64,000 nucleotides of DNA from Cyanidioschyzon merolae. Its lineage: Eukaryota. The notes beneath the pieces are model-generated. The model saw nothing but the letters and a program-made list of their open reading frames with translations, searched no databases and had not been told where the DNA came from. Of this stretch, positions 1-10,641 are shown one piece after another; the first letter of the stretch is position 1; each line of letters begins with the position of its first letter. The stretch lies in the NCBI GenBank assembly GCA_000091205.1, contig AP006498.2. One strand, given 5' to 3'. A program made the position numbers and the translations under genes.

Positions 1-1391
1 GGAGCGCGTTGCGCACCAGAAAACCATCCGCCACACCCAACTTGCAAAGGTTCCAGTTGGCCTCGGAGTCTCTGGATAGAGCCGGCGCGCTTCAGATACG
101 AACGCACCCTTATGTGACTGCCACCCTAGCATATCACTGCGCGCCGCAAACCAGGAAACCCATCCACCGCCCCCGTCTAGCATCCATCAACGTTGCAAGT
201 GCCAGCGGGCAAGCGCGCCGCACCCATAATCAATTAAGCGGGTGCGCCGCCTGCGCCTGCTGCCCCAGGAAACCCATCGCGCAAATATGCCACCCCGCAG
301 GTCCCGCAAACGCGCACCCGAACGCGCCACCCCGCACGCCTTCCACGAAAGCACCCTCACCTTTCCTTCACCCTGAACTGAGACGGCGCGTCCCACACGC
401 GCACTCTCGCGTCGACATACACGCGCGCTGCCCCCGCAGGGTGTCCATCCGTACATGCGCACACCCGCAGAGACATCCGCGTCGCACCGCACACGTCCCG
501 TGCTGCGCACAGACGCTGCCGTCTCTGGCATGCATGGTGGCGTAGCAGCGCATCCACAGCGCGTGCGGTTATCGGCTGATCCGGCATCGGTGATCGAAGT
601 GTCCATTTATGTCCATCGAGGAACTACTTCATCATTTTCGAACGATATCCAGCGGCCTTGATACCTGGCTGCCAGACACGTGTCCATCGGCAGCCGCGAT
701 CGGCTCGCAGCCTTGTCGCTTGTGGGATGCGTGCATGCCGCCAGGCTCCGTAACGAGCACAAACGCTCCCAGTATGTGGAGCATGCGCATCTGCAATTCG
801 TCGTATGCTTCCTTGTCTGTCTGAATGATCACGGACAAGTGTTCCCGAACAAATCAGTGCCTGGTTGATCTACCATCGATCGGGATGGAGAACCCGCCCG
901 AGAGCCACGGCTGGTGCGCGTCATGCGTACTCGCTCTGCGCTGAGGCGCGTCCAGACACCCCAGTGGCATTGGGACGCGGCGCAGCGATCGTGGCGCGAA
1001 GGCTTGCGTTGTTGTAGCGAGCGCCTTCAGTGTGTCCAGCATCCCGAGATTCATTGGATAGAACTTACCCTCATTGTTCATAAACTGGTCTGGTGTTCGT
1101 CGGACGCCTTCGCGTATGGAGAAGGACGACTGTATCTTCTGCGTCTGCAGAGCGCATTGTCACATTCGAGGGACACTCGTAGCATGCATCCTTCTGAGAT
1201 GAAAAAATTGCATCCTGTCTGCAGCCATACGGATAAAGGTTCGCTTTGGATCACGCTCGTAGGTGTTGTCCTTATCACCATACGGATACAAGTTCGCTGT
1301 ATCATGCGCTCATGAGCGTCTATCTTGTCACTGCATTGATACAGGCTCGCCCTGGTACCTGTTTGCGAGGTGTGGTATTCGGCGTACGTCG

Positions 1392-1422
1392 ACCTGCGCC
1401 TGCGCCTGCGCCTGCGCCTGCC
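1392..1422. repeat. (GCCTGC)n microsatellite, 5 units
   Basis: cctgcgcctgcgcctgcgcctgcgcctgcc read directly. Confidence 0.9.
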
Positions 1423-1706
1423 GTGCCGCCCCGCCGATGACGCCGCCGTCGCTCGAGCGCCGCCCGACGTACGCCGAATCCCACGCTTTTCCGAGCGATC
1501 TCATTTTCTACCTGCACTGCGGTTTCTACTGGAAACTGTGGTAAGTCTGGGATCACAACTGGTTTCGGTCACCAGGGAAAGTGGTAGCGAACGGTCAGTG
1601 TCTCAGGGGTATCCTCCTTTTTGATATTCGGACGACGAGCCACAAGCTTCAAGACTGCAGGTGAGCTGGGGGCAACGCCGCTTCCATTCTGCACCAGGCA
1701 GTCTCG

Positions 1707-4700
1707 TTGGTACTAAGCAGTGTCGGGCGGCTCTTTCTAGAGCTAGGAAACCAGAGTGTCTGGATGGACCGCCGCTGTCTCAGCTTTACAGCTGGTCAAA
1801 ACTTCTTTCCCTGGAGCTCGTTACGCGCCGCCTCCGTCGCGCGTTTCTGGTTGCGGCGGCTTGGTGAAGTACCAGCCGAAGGCGGATCGTTTCCCTATCG
1901 CAGAAGTTTCTTGTGCCCGTTTACCCCTGGATCGAATTTATATAGAGGCTGCGCAAAGTCGCGAGAGAGGCTCGGGCCCTGGCTTTGGCCGACGAACGAA
2001 GCACTCCCGGGGAAACAGCACGCAGGGTTCTGGCGATGGCAGGCTTCGGCAGCGTCTGGAAGCGGTACAGACGGATCAGGTACTTTCGCGGACCCTACAG
2101 TCACCCAGGTACGGAACAAGGATAGTATTTTGGCTCCGGGGACCACGGAAACCGCCCATAGAGAGCCAGAATCCATCGTACCTTCACCACGAGCTGATGG
2201 TGCTTACGACTTTCTCGCTGTGGAACGTCGCTGGCAAGAGTTCTGGGAACGCGAGCAAATATTCCGCACACCAGATGAAGTCGATTGGAACCGGCCTAAG
2301 TACTACATTCTAGACATGTTTCCGTATCCTAGCGGTGCCGGGCTTCACGTCGGGCACCCCGAGGGCTACACCGCGACCGACATTCTCGCACGGTACAAGC
2401 GGATGCGAGGGTATAATGTGCTTCATCCCATGGGTTGGGACGCTTTTGGTCTGCCCGCCGAACAATTTGCTCTCGATACGGGAATTCATCCAGCAGTGGC
2501 GACCGAGCGCAACATCACGCGTTTCCGTAAGCAGCTCAAGTCACTAGGATTCTCCTACGACTGGAAACGCGAGATTAATACGACCAGTCCCGAATATTAT
2601 CGGTGGACACAGTGGATATTCCTTCAGCTGTATAAGAGGGGCCTCGCCTATCAGGCTGAGATACCGGTAAACTGGTGCCCGGCACTCGGCACTGTACTCG
2701 CCAACGAGGAGGTCATCGATGGGCGAAGCGAACGCGGGGGCCATCCCGTCATCCGCAAACCCATGCGTCAATGGGTACTGCGTATCACTGCCTATGCTGA
2801 GAGACTGCTCAAAGATCTCGATCTACTTGACTGGCCCGAAAACGTGAAGGAGATGCAGCGAAACTGGATCGGCCGAAGTGAAGGAGTCGAAGTTACGTTC
2901 CCCACGGTGTCCGATGCTTCGTCGGCATCCGCCAAGGGCGCGCTCGCAGAGCCCCCAGGCATCACCGTTTTCACAACGCGGCCGGAAACCATATCCGGGG
3001 CCACGTACCTGGTCGTTGCTCCCGAATACCCGATTCTAGAGGAGTTGGTAACGGATGCGCAACGAGAGCAAGTCCAGCGCTACGTGGAGCAGGCGCTGCG
3101 ACGCAGCGACCGCGAGCGCACCGGCACTGAGGTCAAGCTGAAGAGCGGCGTCTTCACGGGGCGGTACGCCCAGAACCCTGTTACCGGGGAACACATACCT
3201 ATCTGGGTAGCGGATTACGTTCTCGGCAGCTACGGCACTGGAGCGATCATGGCGGTGCCCGGACACGATGCACGGGATCGAGCGTTTGCGGAAACATTTG
3301 CCTTGCCCATCCGGATTGTCATCGACGAAACGACGAATCAAATGACCGACTGGAACCCAGACTGGCTTGGCGGCCTGGAAGTTGCAGGCACGAACGTGGA
3401 GGCTGCCCGGGTGCGGATCACGGAAGCACTGGAGCGACTTCATATCGGGGAGCGAAAAGTGAACTACAAACTCAGGGATTGGCTGTTTAGTCGCCAGCGG
3501 TACTGGGGCGAGCCCTTCCCGATTGTGTTCGACGCAGAGACCGGCGAGCCGCTGCCCGTAGATGAGCAAGCACTCCCGGTCGAGTTACCTACCACGGAGT
3601 CGATTCGTCCGAGTGGCGATGGACGCTCTCCGCTGGCCAAAATTGTGGACTGGGTGGAAGTTCGTGATCCTCAGACCGGTCAACTGCGTTACCTACGCGA
3701 GACGAATACGATGCCCCAGTGGGCTGGCAGCTGTTGGTACTACTTACGCTTCATCGACAACAGCAACGCGGAGCGGTTGGTTGATCCAGTCAAAGAACGC
3801 TACTGGATGCCGGTTGACCTGTACGTCGGCGGCGTGGAACACGCAGTGCTCCATCTTCTCTATGCGCGCTTTTGGCACAAGGTTCTCTACGATTTGGGGG
3901 TCGTGAGCACTCCCGAGCCCTTCCTACGCCTGGTGAACCAGGGCATGATTCTCGGTGAGGTTGAGTACACGTGTCGTCGTGAACGAACCGCGGCAGAGGG
4001 CCGGCAGCTTGTTGCAAACGGCCACGCTGCCGAGGCACCGCTCCTCGAGGAAGTGCGCGTACCCGCCGATCAAGTCGAGAAAATAGGCAATGATCGCTAC
4101 GTTTTGAAGGCGGATCCTCGTGTAGTGGTAACTGCACGCGCCCATAAGATGTCCAAGTCACGGGGCAACGTGGTCAATCCCGATGATATTGTGGAACAGT
4201 ACGGCGCAGATGCGTTGCGATGCTACCTCATGTTCATGGGACCGCTGGATCAGGTTAAACCCTGGTCGACTCAGGGCGTCAACGGGATGCGGCGCTTCCT
4301 CGATCGCGCTTGGCGTCTGCTCTTCGACAAAAACGAGGTCTGCAACGGAGACTCTCGAACGGAGCATCAGGTGCAGCCGACACGTGCACAGCTGCGTCAG
4401 CTGCACAGCCTCATCAAACGAGTCACCGAGGATACAGAGGCACTTCGTTTTAACACCGCCATCGCAGCGATGATTGAATTTGTGAACGATGCCTACAAAT
4501 GGGAGGTGCCCTGGCCAAAAGATATCTTATTGGGTCCTTTTGTTTTGCTCTTGTCGCCGTATGCGCCTCACGTAGCCGAGGAGATGTGGCAGGAAATTCG
4601 TCGGCGGCAACAGCTTCGCCATGGAACCGAACGAGACTCAGATGCTGCTGATGCCCAGGTGCCGCGTTCATTGGCCTACGAGCCTTGGCCTGACTACGAT

Positions 4701-4910
4701 CCCCAATACTTGGTGCAGGAGACGGTCGTCTATGCTGTACAAGTGAACGGCAAGTTGCGCGGCACACTCGAGATTCCCAGTGACGCCGATCGAGATGCCG
4801 TCCTGGCAGCCGCTCGACAAGTAAGTAGTGTCGCGAGTCATCTTGATGGAAAACAGGTTGTTCGTGAAATCTTCGTTCCCGGCAAAATCGCAAACTTTGT
4901 CGTGAGATAA
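1707..4910 (+). CDS. leuS: Leucyl-tRNA synthetase, bacterial/organellar type, with ~150-aa N-terminal extension
   Basis: 1067-aa ORF. Class-I motif HVGHPEGY (HIGH-like). Strong LeuRS N-terminal signature [48 protein letters not shown]. Editing-domain and KMSKS-like (KMSKSRGN) motifs present. The listed start is TTG; first in-frame ATG at 1764 (MDRRCLSF). Stop TAA at 4908-4910. Confidence 0.9.
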   Translation: MVLSSVGRLFLELGNQSVWMDRRCLSFTAGQNFFPWSSLRAASVARFWLRRLGEVPAEGGSFPYRRSFLCPFTPGSNLYRGCAKSRERLGPWLWPTNEALPGKQHAGFWRWQASAASGSGTDGSGTFADPTVTQVRNKDSILAPGTTETAHREPESIVPSPRADGAYDFLAVERRWQEFWEREQIFRTPDEVDWNRPKYYILDMFPYPSGAGLHVGHPEGYTATDILARYKRMRGYNVLHPMGWDAFGLPAEQFALDTGIHPAVATERNITRFRKQLKSLGFSYDWKREINTTSPEYYRWTQWIFLQLYKRGLAYQAEIPVNWCPALGTVLANEEVIDGRSERGGHPVIRKPMRQWVLRITAYAERLLKDLDLLDWPENVKEMQRNWIGRSEGVEVTFPTVSDASSASAKGALAEPPGITVFTTRPETISGATYLVVAPEYPILEELVTDAQREQVQRYVEQALRRSDRERTGTEVKLKSGVFTGRYAQNPVTGEHIPIWVADYVLGSYGTGAIMAVPGHDARDRAFAETFALPIRIVIDETTNQMTDWNPDWLGGLEVAGTNVEAARVRITEALERLHIGERKVNYKLRDWLFSRQRYWGEPFPIVFDAETGEPLPVDEQALPVELPTTESIRPSGDGRSPLAKIVDWVEVRDPQTGQLRYLRETNTMPQWAGSCWYYLRFIDNSNAERLVDPVKERYWMPVDLYVGGVEHAVLHLLYARFWHKVLYDLGVVSTPEPFLRLVNQGMILGEVEYTCRRERTAAEGRQLVANGHAAEAPLLEEVRVPADQVEKIGNDRYVLKADPRVVVTARAHKMSKSRGNVVNPDDIVEQYGADALRCYLMFMGPLDQVKPWSTQGVNGMRRFLDRAWRLLFDKNEVCNGDSRTEHQVQPTRAQLRQLHSLIKRVTEDTEALRFNTAIAAMIEFVNDAYKWEVPWPKDILLGPFVLLLSPYAPHVAEEMWQEIRRRQQLRHGTERDSDAADAQVPRSLAYEPWPDYDPQYLVQETVVYAVQVNGKLRGTLEIPSDADRDAVLAAARQVSSVASHLDGKQVVREIFVPGKIANFVVR

Positions 4911-5054
4911 ACGAGACTGAAATCCCTGTCGCCTTTCCTCGAGTTGCCTTGTTCTCGCATTGCTCTGTGCAGAGGCAGAGGAGAGCGAGAAAGCGCCCTG
5001 TAACCTCGAGATATGCCCAAATGCTCGTGAGTTGGTGCTCCATTCCGAGGCGTG

Positions 5055-5085
<31 letters not shown>

Positions 5086-5094
5086 CAACAACAG
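5055..5094. repeat. (CAG)n(CAA)n microsatellite (polyQ in +frame ORF 4960-5490)
   Basis: gcagcagcagcagcagcagcagcaacaacaacaacaacag. Confidence 0.9.
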
Positions 5095-5868
5095 GAGCGG
5101 CGGAAGCACTCGAACCCAGAGTCATTGCATTCATCTCTGGACAATGGAGGAACGCTACGTTCTTTAACCGTAAGCAAGCAGCGAGCGACGTATCTCGACT
5201 CAAATGGTGAAGCACGGTGTTCATGTATTCCTCGTAGAGCGCAGGTGCTCGTCGAGATGATGAATGGACGAAGCAGTGGTGTTCGCGTTGAATCTCGATA
5301 CCAGCGTGTGTGGTCGATTCGCTGGGCATGGATCGTTGTACGCATCCATGAACTCCATACCAAGATTCGTCGTTGCTTCTCGCTCGGAAGCAAGCTAGGC
5401 AACCGGCTGGATGCGGATACCAAACTCGCACGTCGAACTCGACCACGGCTCACTGGCTGCATCTGTGCGGTACTGAGGCTGTTTCCCTGATGACCGGCAG
5501 TAGGCGTGCAATCGTCGGAATCTGTTGGTTTGATGCTGTTCAAAAAACCGAACTTGACAGGCACCGTTGCGCGAGCTCGTAAACTCTACGAGAGAGCAGC
5601 GCCGCACTGTTTGCCAGCCGAACAGATGACTCGTGTCGGTGTGCGGCATTAGTCGACGTACTTTTGTCTAGCGGACGCTCGGCTTGGCGCCCGTAACGCA
5701 TTGTGAGCTTCATCGAAGTGGCGTTTGTGTCAACCGGAGAGCGCCCTATACCTTGCCTGGTGGTGAACGGGATCCTCAAGCACAAACACAGAGCCGCCCA
5801 GTAGATAGTGCGCACGAAAGCAAGAATCCATGAACCACCATCCGGTAACGTACCGTATTCCCTGGAGC

Positions 5869-6483
5869 TTACGCGTCAGCGTCAGGCAGGCCCAGTGTCG
5901 CAACCGATGGCCCTCGAAGTACAACTCTGCCGAGTTTTCGCTGCCAGTGCGTACTCATCGGCGACTTGGTCGGCAGTAGTGCACGTACATGCAGCGTCTG
6001 CTCCGTACTAGACTTTGATGCCTGCCACGCTTCCGCGGCACACGTGTAGATCGCGGATACCTCTCGAGGCTGAACCCCGATTCCCAGCGCACTACTTGAC
6101 CCGATTGGCGCGGCGACAAGCTCGGAGGAGGCTTCGCGGGCGTCCTGGAAATACTCGACGGCGTCCTCGAGCACGAGGTTCGCCAGCGTGTCCCACCCTA
6201 CCAGCTTTCCGATGACGCAACGCCCACCAACGAGCAGCACCTGGACGGTTTGTCCCGACCACGGGCTTACTTCCAGGGCCGAGACCGGTCCAGCAGGCGA
6301 CGCTCTCACTGGACGCTTTTCGCGAGCTTGAGGCCGGGCTCCGCTTGAGCGTCCGCGTTCAGACTGCCAGCCGCGGTTCCGCGTCCCAGAACCTCCTGTC
6401 GCAGGCCTTGCACTGGTAGCTTTGGTCCCTGCTTGACGTCTTCTGTTTTGTCCGGACCGATCTCTGGGATGTTTCGGGTCCAT
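5869..6483 (-). CDS. Sm-like (LSm) domain protein with N-terminal RG-rich region (tentative)
   Basis: Sm1-like motif TVQVLLVGGRCVIGKLVGWDTLANLVLEDAVEYF followed by a possible Sm2 segment (ALGIGVQPREVSAIY). ATG start confirmed at 6481-6483. N-terminal ~75 aa Arg/Gly-rich. Confidence 0.35.
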   Translation of the reverse strand: MDPKHPRDRSGQNRRRQAGTKATSARPATGGSGTRNRGWQSERGRSSGARPQAREKRPVRASPAGPVSALEVSPWSGQTVQVLLVGGRCVIGKLVGWDTLANLVLEDAVEYFQDAREASSELVAAPIGSSSALGIGVQPREVSAIYTCAAEAWQASKSSTEQTLHVRALLPTKSPMSTHWQRKLGRVVLRGPSVATLGLPDADA

Positions 6484-6631
6484 CTATGCCCAAACGTCAA
6501 GGTGTGCAAGGAACGGTACACCGCCTCGTGGGCCTACGCGAGCCGCCGATACCGCCCCAAGGGCGTCGTCGTTCTGCATTCCAAAGACCTGCCTGCCTGC
6601 AAAGCACTGCGGACGCGTAAGCGACGCCCTC

Positions 6632-6958
6632 ATGAGCACTACCGACTCGTCTGATGAACTGTTTAGGAACGTTCATGAGCAACTAAAAGCCAACGAAACT
6701 GCATTGAAGCAGAAGTATGCGCGTTTACGGTCGCAAGTGGAGCAGCAGCGCACTGAGCTAGCGCAGTGGCGCACCCAGTTCGAAGCGGATGTGACGACAC
6801 TGCTTGAGACTCTTGAACGAGTTGAACGGAACTCCAAGTCACGTCTGGAGCGCTGTCTGCAGGTGATTGAGGAAACCAAGCGAACCGAGAATGAGGGTGG
6901 CCAAGATCAGGAAGGAGAGACGCCAGAGGGTCCTGGCGAGGCTCCAGGCTCGTCGTGA
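6632..6958 (+). CDS. Small coiled-coil hypothetical protein
   Basis: 108-aa ORF with heptad-like charged/hydrophobic pattern (ELFRNVHEQLKANETALKQKYARLRSQVEQQRTELAQWR...). No family assignment possible. Confidence 0.25.
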   Translation: MSTTDSSDELFRNVHEQLKANETALKQKYARLRSQVEQQRTELAQWRTQFEADVTTLLETLERVERNSKSRLERCLQVIEETKRTENEGGQDQEGETPEGPGEAPGSS

Positions 6959-8028
6959 GGCCAACGAGTGGCTGCGGTGTCCGCGCCCGTGCGCTGTGCG
7001 TACATGGACACGTGGGATGTCGATGGGGATTGATCACGAAAACGCGTGTTTTTAGCGTGTCATGGACGCAGTGGTACGCGTCTAATCGTCTACTGCGTCT
7101 GCGGGACAACTTGGTGTCGCGGGGATGAACGCAACAGCGGCTTCCGTAGGCAGCTGCGGCTTTTGCAGCGCTTATTCGTCATAGAATGGACAGCGGGGTC
7201 GACTTATGCAGCACGCTAGTGGCAGAGCGGGCGTATACAGAACTTGTGCGTTGCCGATCGCCGTAGTGAACGCGAAGGATTTCCAGCGAGCGTCAGATCC
7301 GGAGTCACCCTAGCTGCGAGGAGAACTCCAGAAGCTAGCAAGCAAGCACGGTACTTGTTCCAGGGATCCCGCTTAACAAGTCAGAGCCTGGATCGTTTCA
7401 AGTCCTTTGCGAAGCACTATGCTCTTCTACGCGCTACCTGCACGGGGCGATGTCGAGCATCATGCAGGTGCTCAATGTGCTGTCTCCGGTGAACTGTTCG
7501 AGCCTTGCTGCTCGATTGTTTTATCTGGAATGGTCACGAGTTCGCACGAGCTGTTCGAGTCGTCTCCGTATCTGATTATTGTTGCTTAGAGACGCAGGAG
7601 ATCATCACCTGCAGCCGAAGCGGTGCGAGCAACGAGACGAGGCCGAGTTTTTTTCGAGTTGCACGCGGGTCGCGCACTCTTCAGTGTTCTGGAGGCGGTT
7701 TTGAGGACGCTCAGTCCGTGCTGGTTGAGCTCCATGAGCGGCAATATTCGGAATGCATCGCTGTTACCAAGAATGCTCCAGCTGCAGCATCGCTCTAGTT
7801 CCTGGTGCCCAGCTGCAGCCTAGCAGGCTCTCTGGCATGTTTCAGCAGCGGTGGCTCCGTTCGCAGGCTGGCTCGTCCACCGCAGTGGCGACGCAGACGC
7901 CCGCAGCATGAGGCTCCGCTCGGCCCCGACGCCGATCCACGCTTGAAACATACCAATCATGGACGCTGCGGCTGTCGCTTGGTGGACGGCATCGCCTCGA
8001 GAGCCATCCGCGCACAGCTATGTACATT

Positions 8029-10059
8029 CTAGTCGAAATAGTCAGCAAGGTCGAGCGATCCGTCCACCAGCGCCGATCCCAGGAAGCCCACGTCCAGCTG
8101 ATTCAGTAGCAGATGTTCGTAAACTTCCTCGAGATCCGTCTCACCGAGCAGTACGGCACCCATGAGACGATTCTTGCAGAGTATAACCCGAATGTATTGC
8201 AACGAGGTGGGATTTCCATCCTCACCGGGACGCAATGACTCGAGAACCTGCACCTCCGGGTTATTGCTCTGCGCACATTCGAGCCGATACCGACCCATTA
8301 AAACCACCTTGATTCCACAGAACTCAGTAACATGGCAGAAGAGTTCCATGTCGAGGGGCTCGGCCGCCTCCATCTGCGCGACCTCATCCCGCGATAGTGA
8401 TGCTGGTGGTGCAGGTTGTGGCGGTGCGAGGACGGCCGCTTCGGGGTGCCCGGCCTCGCTTGGACCTTGCTCTTTGAGAGCGCGCGCCCAGGTTCGTGGC
8501 CGGCTCACCAGTAGGTCACGAACAATGGATCGAGCTGCGCGAGCGCCCATCATCCTCGCTTGGCTCCATAGACGCATTTGGAACCAGAGGCGTGGCGTCT
8601 CGTCACCAGCCAACGACGAAGCGCCCTGCACAACACAGCAGTCTCCAGCAGCGAAAATGTACCTGGCATGCGTCCGCAGGTGCTCATCGACAGCGATGCC
8701 GGTATCCTCGGCGTCCTCGGTGTCCGCAGCGACGACGGTACCAGAAGCGCCTGGAGATCCACCATGCTCTCCAGGGTCCGATGCGCTGTTGGCGTCGTCG
8801 ACTCCATCACAACGACGACGACAATGCGTACCAAAAGGCAATGGCGGATCTAGATGCACCCAACGAAGCAGTCTCTGGCCCTCTGCATCAAAATACGAGG
8901 GCACCGCTGCTCCACGAACACCAGTGGCGCAAAGCAGAACATCGGTGAAGACAACTCCACCATCCGAGAGCGTGACTCGCAGACAAGCGTCTGTAAGCGA
9001 CGCTTGACTGCTTGCATCAACGGCGGCGTCATCGCTTGTGGTACTCCCCGGAGCGTCCCACGCAATGGAGGTCACCGTACAACACTGATGCAGGCAGAGT
9101 CGCTTTGTGGAACCCTGTTCCGCATCTGAGTTTGTATTCGGCAGGTCAGCGTCAGGTACAGATGAGGTTTGGTCCCAGTGCTGATGCCCGTGTACGACTC
9201 GTATCTGCGCAGGCTCCAGCACGGTTTGCTTCTGGTCTCGTCTACCGCCTTGCATCCAGTCGGGACCGAGTCCAGCACCCAAAACGCGGCGCGGTGATGA
9301 CTCCACTGCTAACGAGCGTGTCGGTGCCAGGAGCCATGCAGTTGCTTGCCTGCGACGCGGACGTCGCGCAGTCGGCAAACTCCACAGCACGTTGGACAGC
9401 GCAGCGTCAAAGAATGTATGACCAATGTGCGCGTCTCGAATGACCCAGTCCACGTGTGCGACCTCTGGAAGCACGTAGGCAAGCTCCATGGCGATACCGC
9501 CGTTGCCGAGGATCATAACGCGAGGCTCTGAGGGGCGCCCCCGCCGCCGCTGTCGACGCGCTACCAGGTCTTGCAGGAGTTTGCGGAACCGATCGGCAGA
9601 GTCGGTGTCGCGGAGCGTAAGGATGCGCTCGTTCAGCACACGAGAGGAAGCACAAGCTTGATGCACGACTTTTGGAATGCGCGGCACTGCGCCCATACAG
9701 ATACAGAGATAATCAAAGCGCAGCTGGAGAACATCGCCCGCCGAGTGCCTGCCTTGCGGTGCTCCGTCGCCGACCCGCACGTAGACGCAGCGTTCAGCGA
9801 CTCGAACCTGCTCGACAACACCGATGAGAACGTCTACCCATGGAAGCGCCTCCCAGGGGTCGCTGCAGGTCTCTTCGAGTCTGTAGGCGGCAATGTGTCG
9901 ACCGCGTTGACCATAGGGCACCGCCCGCCGCAACGCCGACGTCGCGGACACTAGAGTAATGTGTGTATCTGTGGTGAAGTCGTTCGCGTACGCAACCAGC
10001 GTCTCAAGACAGGTCACACCAGCAATGCCACCTCCGAGAATGAGTACCTGCATACGCAA
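8029..10059 (-). CDS. FAD-dependent pyridine nucleotide-disulfide oxidoreductase, PYROXD1-like, with long low-complexity insertion
   Basis: N-terminal Rossmann motif QVLILGGGIAGVTCLETL resembles the PYROXD1 N-terminus. Second dinucleotide-binding motif RVMILGNGGIAMELAYVL. C-terminal FAAGDCCVV motif typical of this oxidoreductase class. ~200-aa Ser/Ala/Asp-rich insertion in the middle. Listed start is TTG; first ATG at 10053. Confidence 0.55.
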   Translation of the reverse strand: MRMQVLILGGGIAGVTCLETLVAYANDFTTDTHITLVSATSALRRAVPYGQRGRHIAAYRLEETCSDPWEALPWVDVLIGVVEQVRVAERCVYVRVGDGAPQGRHSAGDVLQLRFDYLCICMGAVPRIPKVVHQACASSRVLNERILTLRDTDSADRFRKLLQDLVARRQRRRGRPSEPRVMILGNGGIAMELAYVLPEVAHVDWVIRDAHIGHTFFDAALSNVLWSLPTARRPRRRQATAWLLAPTRSLAVESSPRRVLGAGLGPDWMQGGRRDQKQTVLEPAQIRVVHGHQHWDQTSSVPDADLPNTNSDAEQGSTKRLCLHQCCTVTSIAWDAPGSTTSDDAAVDASSQASLTDACLRVTLSDGGVVFTDVLLCATGVRGAAVPSYFDAEGQRLLRWVHLDPPLPFGTHCRRRCDGVDDANSASDPGEHGGSPGASGTVVAADTEDAEDTGIAVDEHLRTHARYIFAAGDCCVVQGASSLAGDETPRLWFQMRLWSQARMMGARAARSIVRDLLVSRPRTWARALKEQGPSEAGHPEAAVLAPPQPAPPASLSRDEVAQMEAAEPLDMELFCHVTEFCGIKVVLMGRYRLECAQSNNPEVQVLESLRPGEDGNPTSLQYIRVILCKNRLMGAVLLGETDLEEVYEHLLLNQLDVGFLGSALVDGSLDLADYFD

Positions 10060-10641
10060 CAGCGTCGTTGCCGAGGTTTATGTGTTCAGGTGCGTATGCC
10101 GCTAGCTTGAGCGCGTCAACCGAATGAGCAGCGGCTCGTGCACGAGTACCGGATCAATGAATGCACCGCTTTCTCGGTGCCTGGGGGCGACGCGAACAAC
10201 CGCTGCTGCTACCAAGGTATCGTGTTGAGGTGTGTCGCGAGCAATACGAGTCGGTAACAGTGGTATGGAGGTCTCACTGCTTCTGTCATGTGCTTACCAA
10301 GATCTACAACGCACGACATTCCGAAGTGGTTGGTGCTTGCTTTAGAGTCGGGCTTGAGGCCTAGCTCGTTTGCAGCGACGGGTGTTCTTGTCGGGGTGCG
10401 TTCGTTGCCTTTCCAAGCGTCGACGGTGACAACGTATGCCCAGCACGTACCAGAAGCACGTCGTCGTGTGTGTCTCTCGATGGACCACGACTTTTGGGTT
10501 GGCTTGGTGAACGTCCGTCGTTGTCGTTCTCGTTGTCTGCAGCGCAGCGCTCCCTTCGCGTTGACTTTGGCTTCGTGGTGCCTATCCATGGAAGCAGCGG
10601 TTCTCCAGAGCTGGTGTGTATGCGGCTTTGGAAGCATATCT

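Noticed and set aside
9-606. 178-aa Pro/Arg-rich plus-strand ORF and overlapping antisense ORFs at the window start
   Set aside because: Low-complexity, mutually overlapping frames typical of GC-rich non-coding DNA. No domain signal.
4668-5564. 298-aa minus-strand ORF overlapping the 3' end of LeuRS and containing a poly-Cys run
   Set aside because: The overlap with a strongly supported gene, and the Cys run being just the reverse complement of the (CAG)n microsatellite, make this a GC-bias / repeat artefact.
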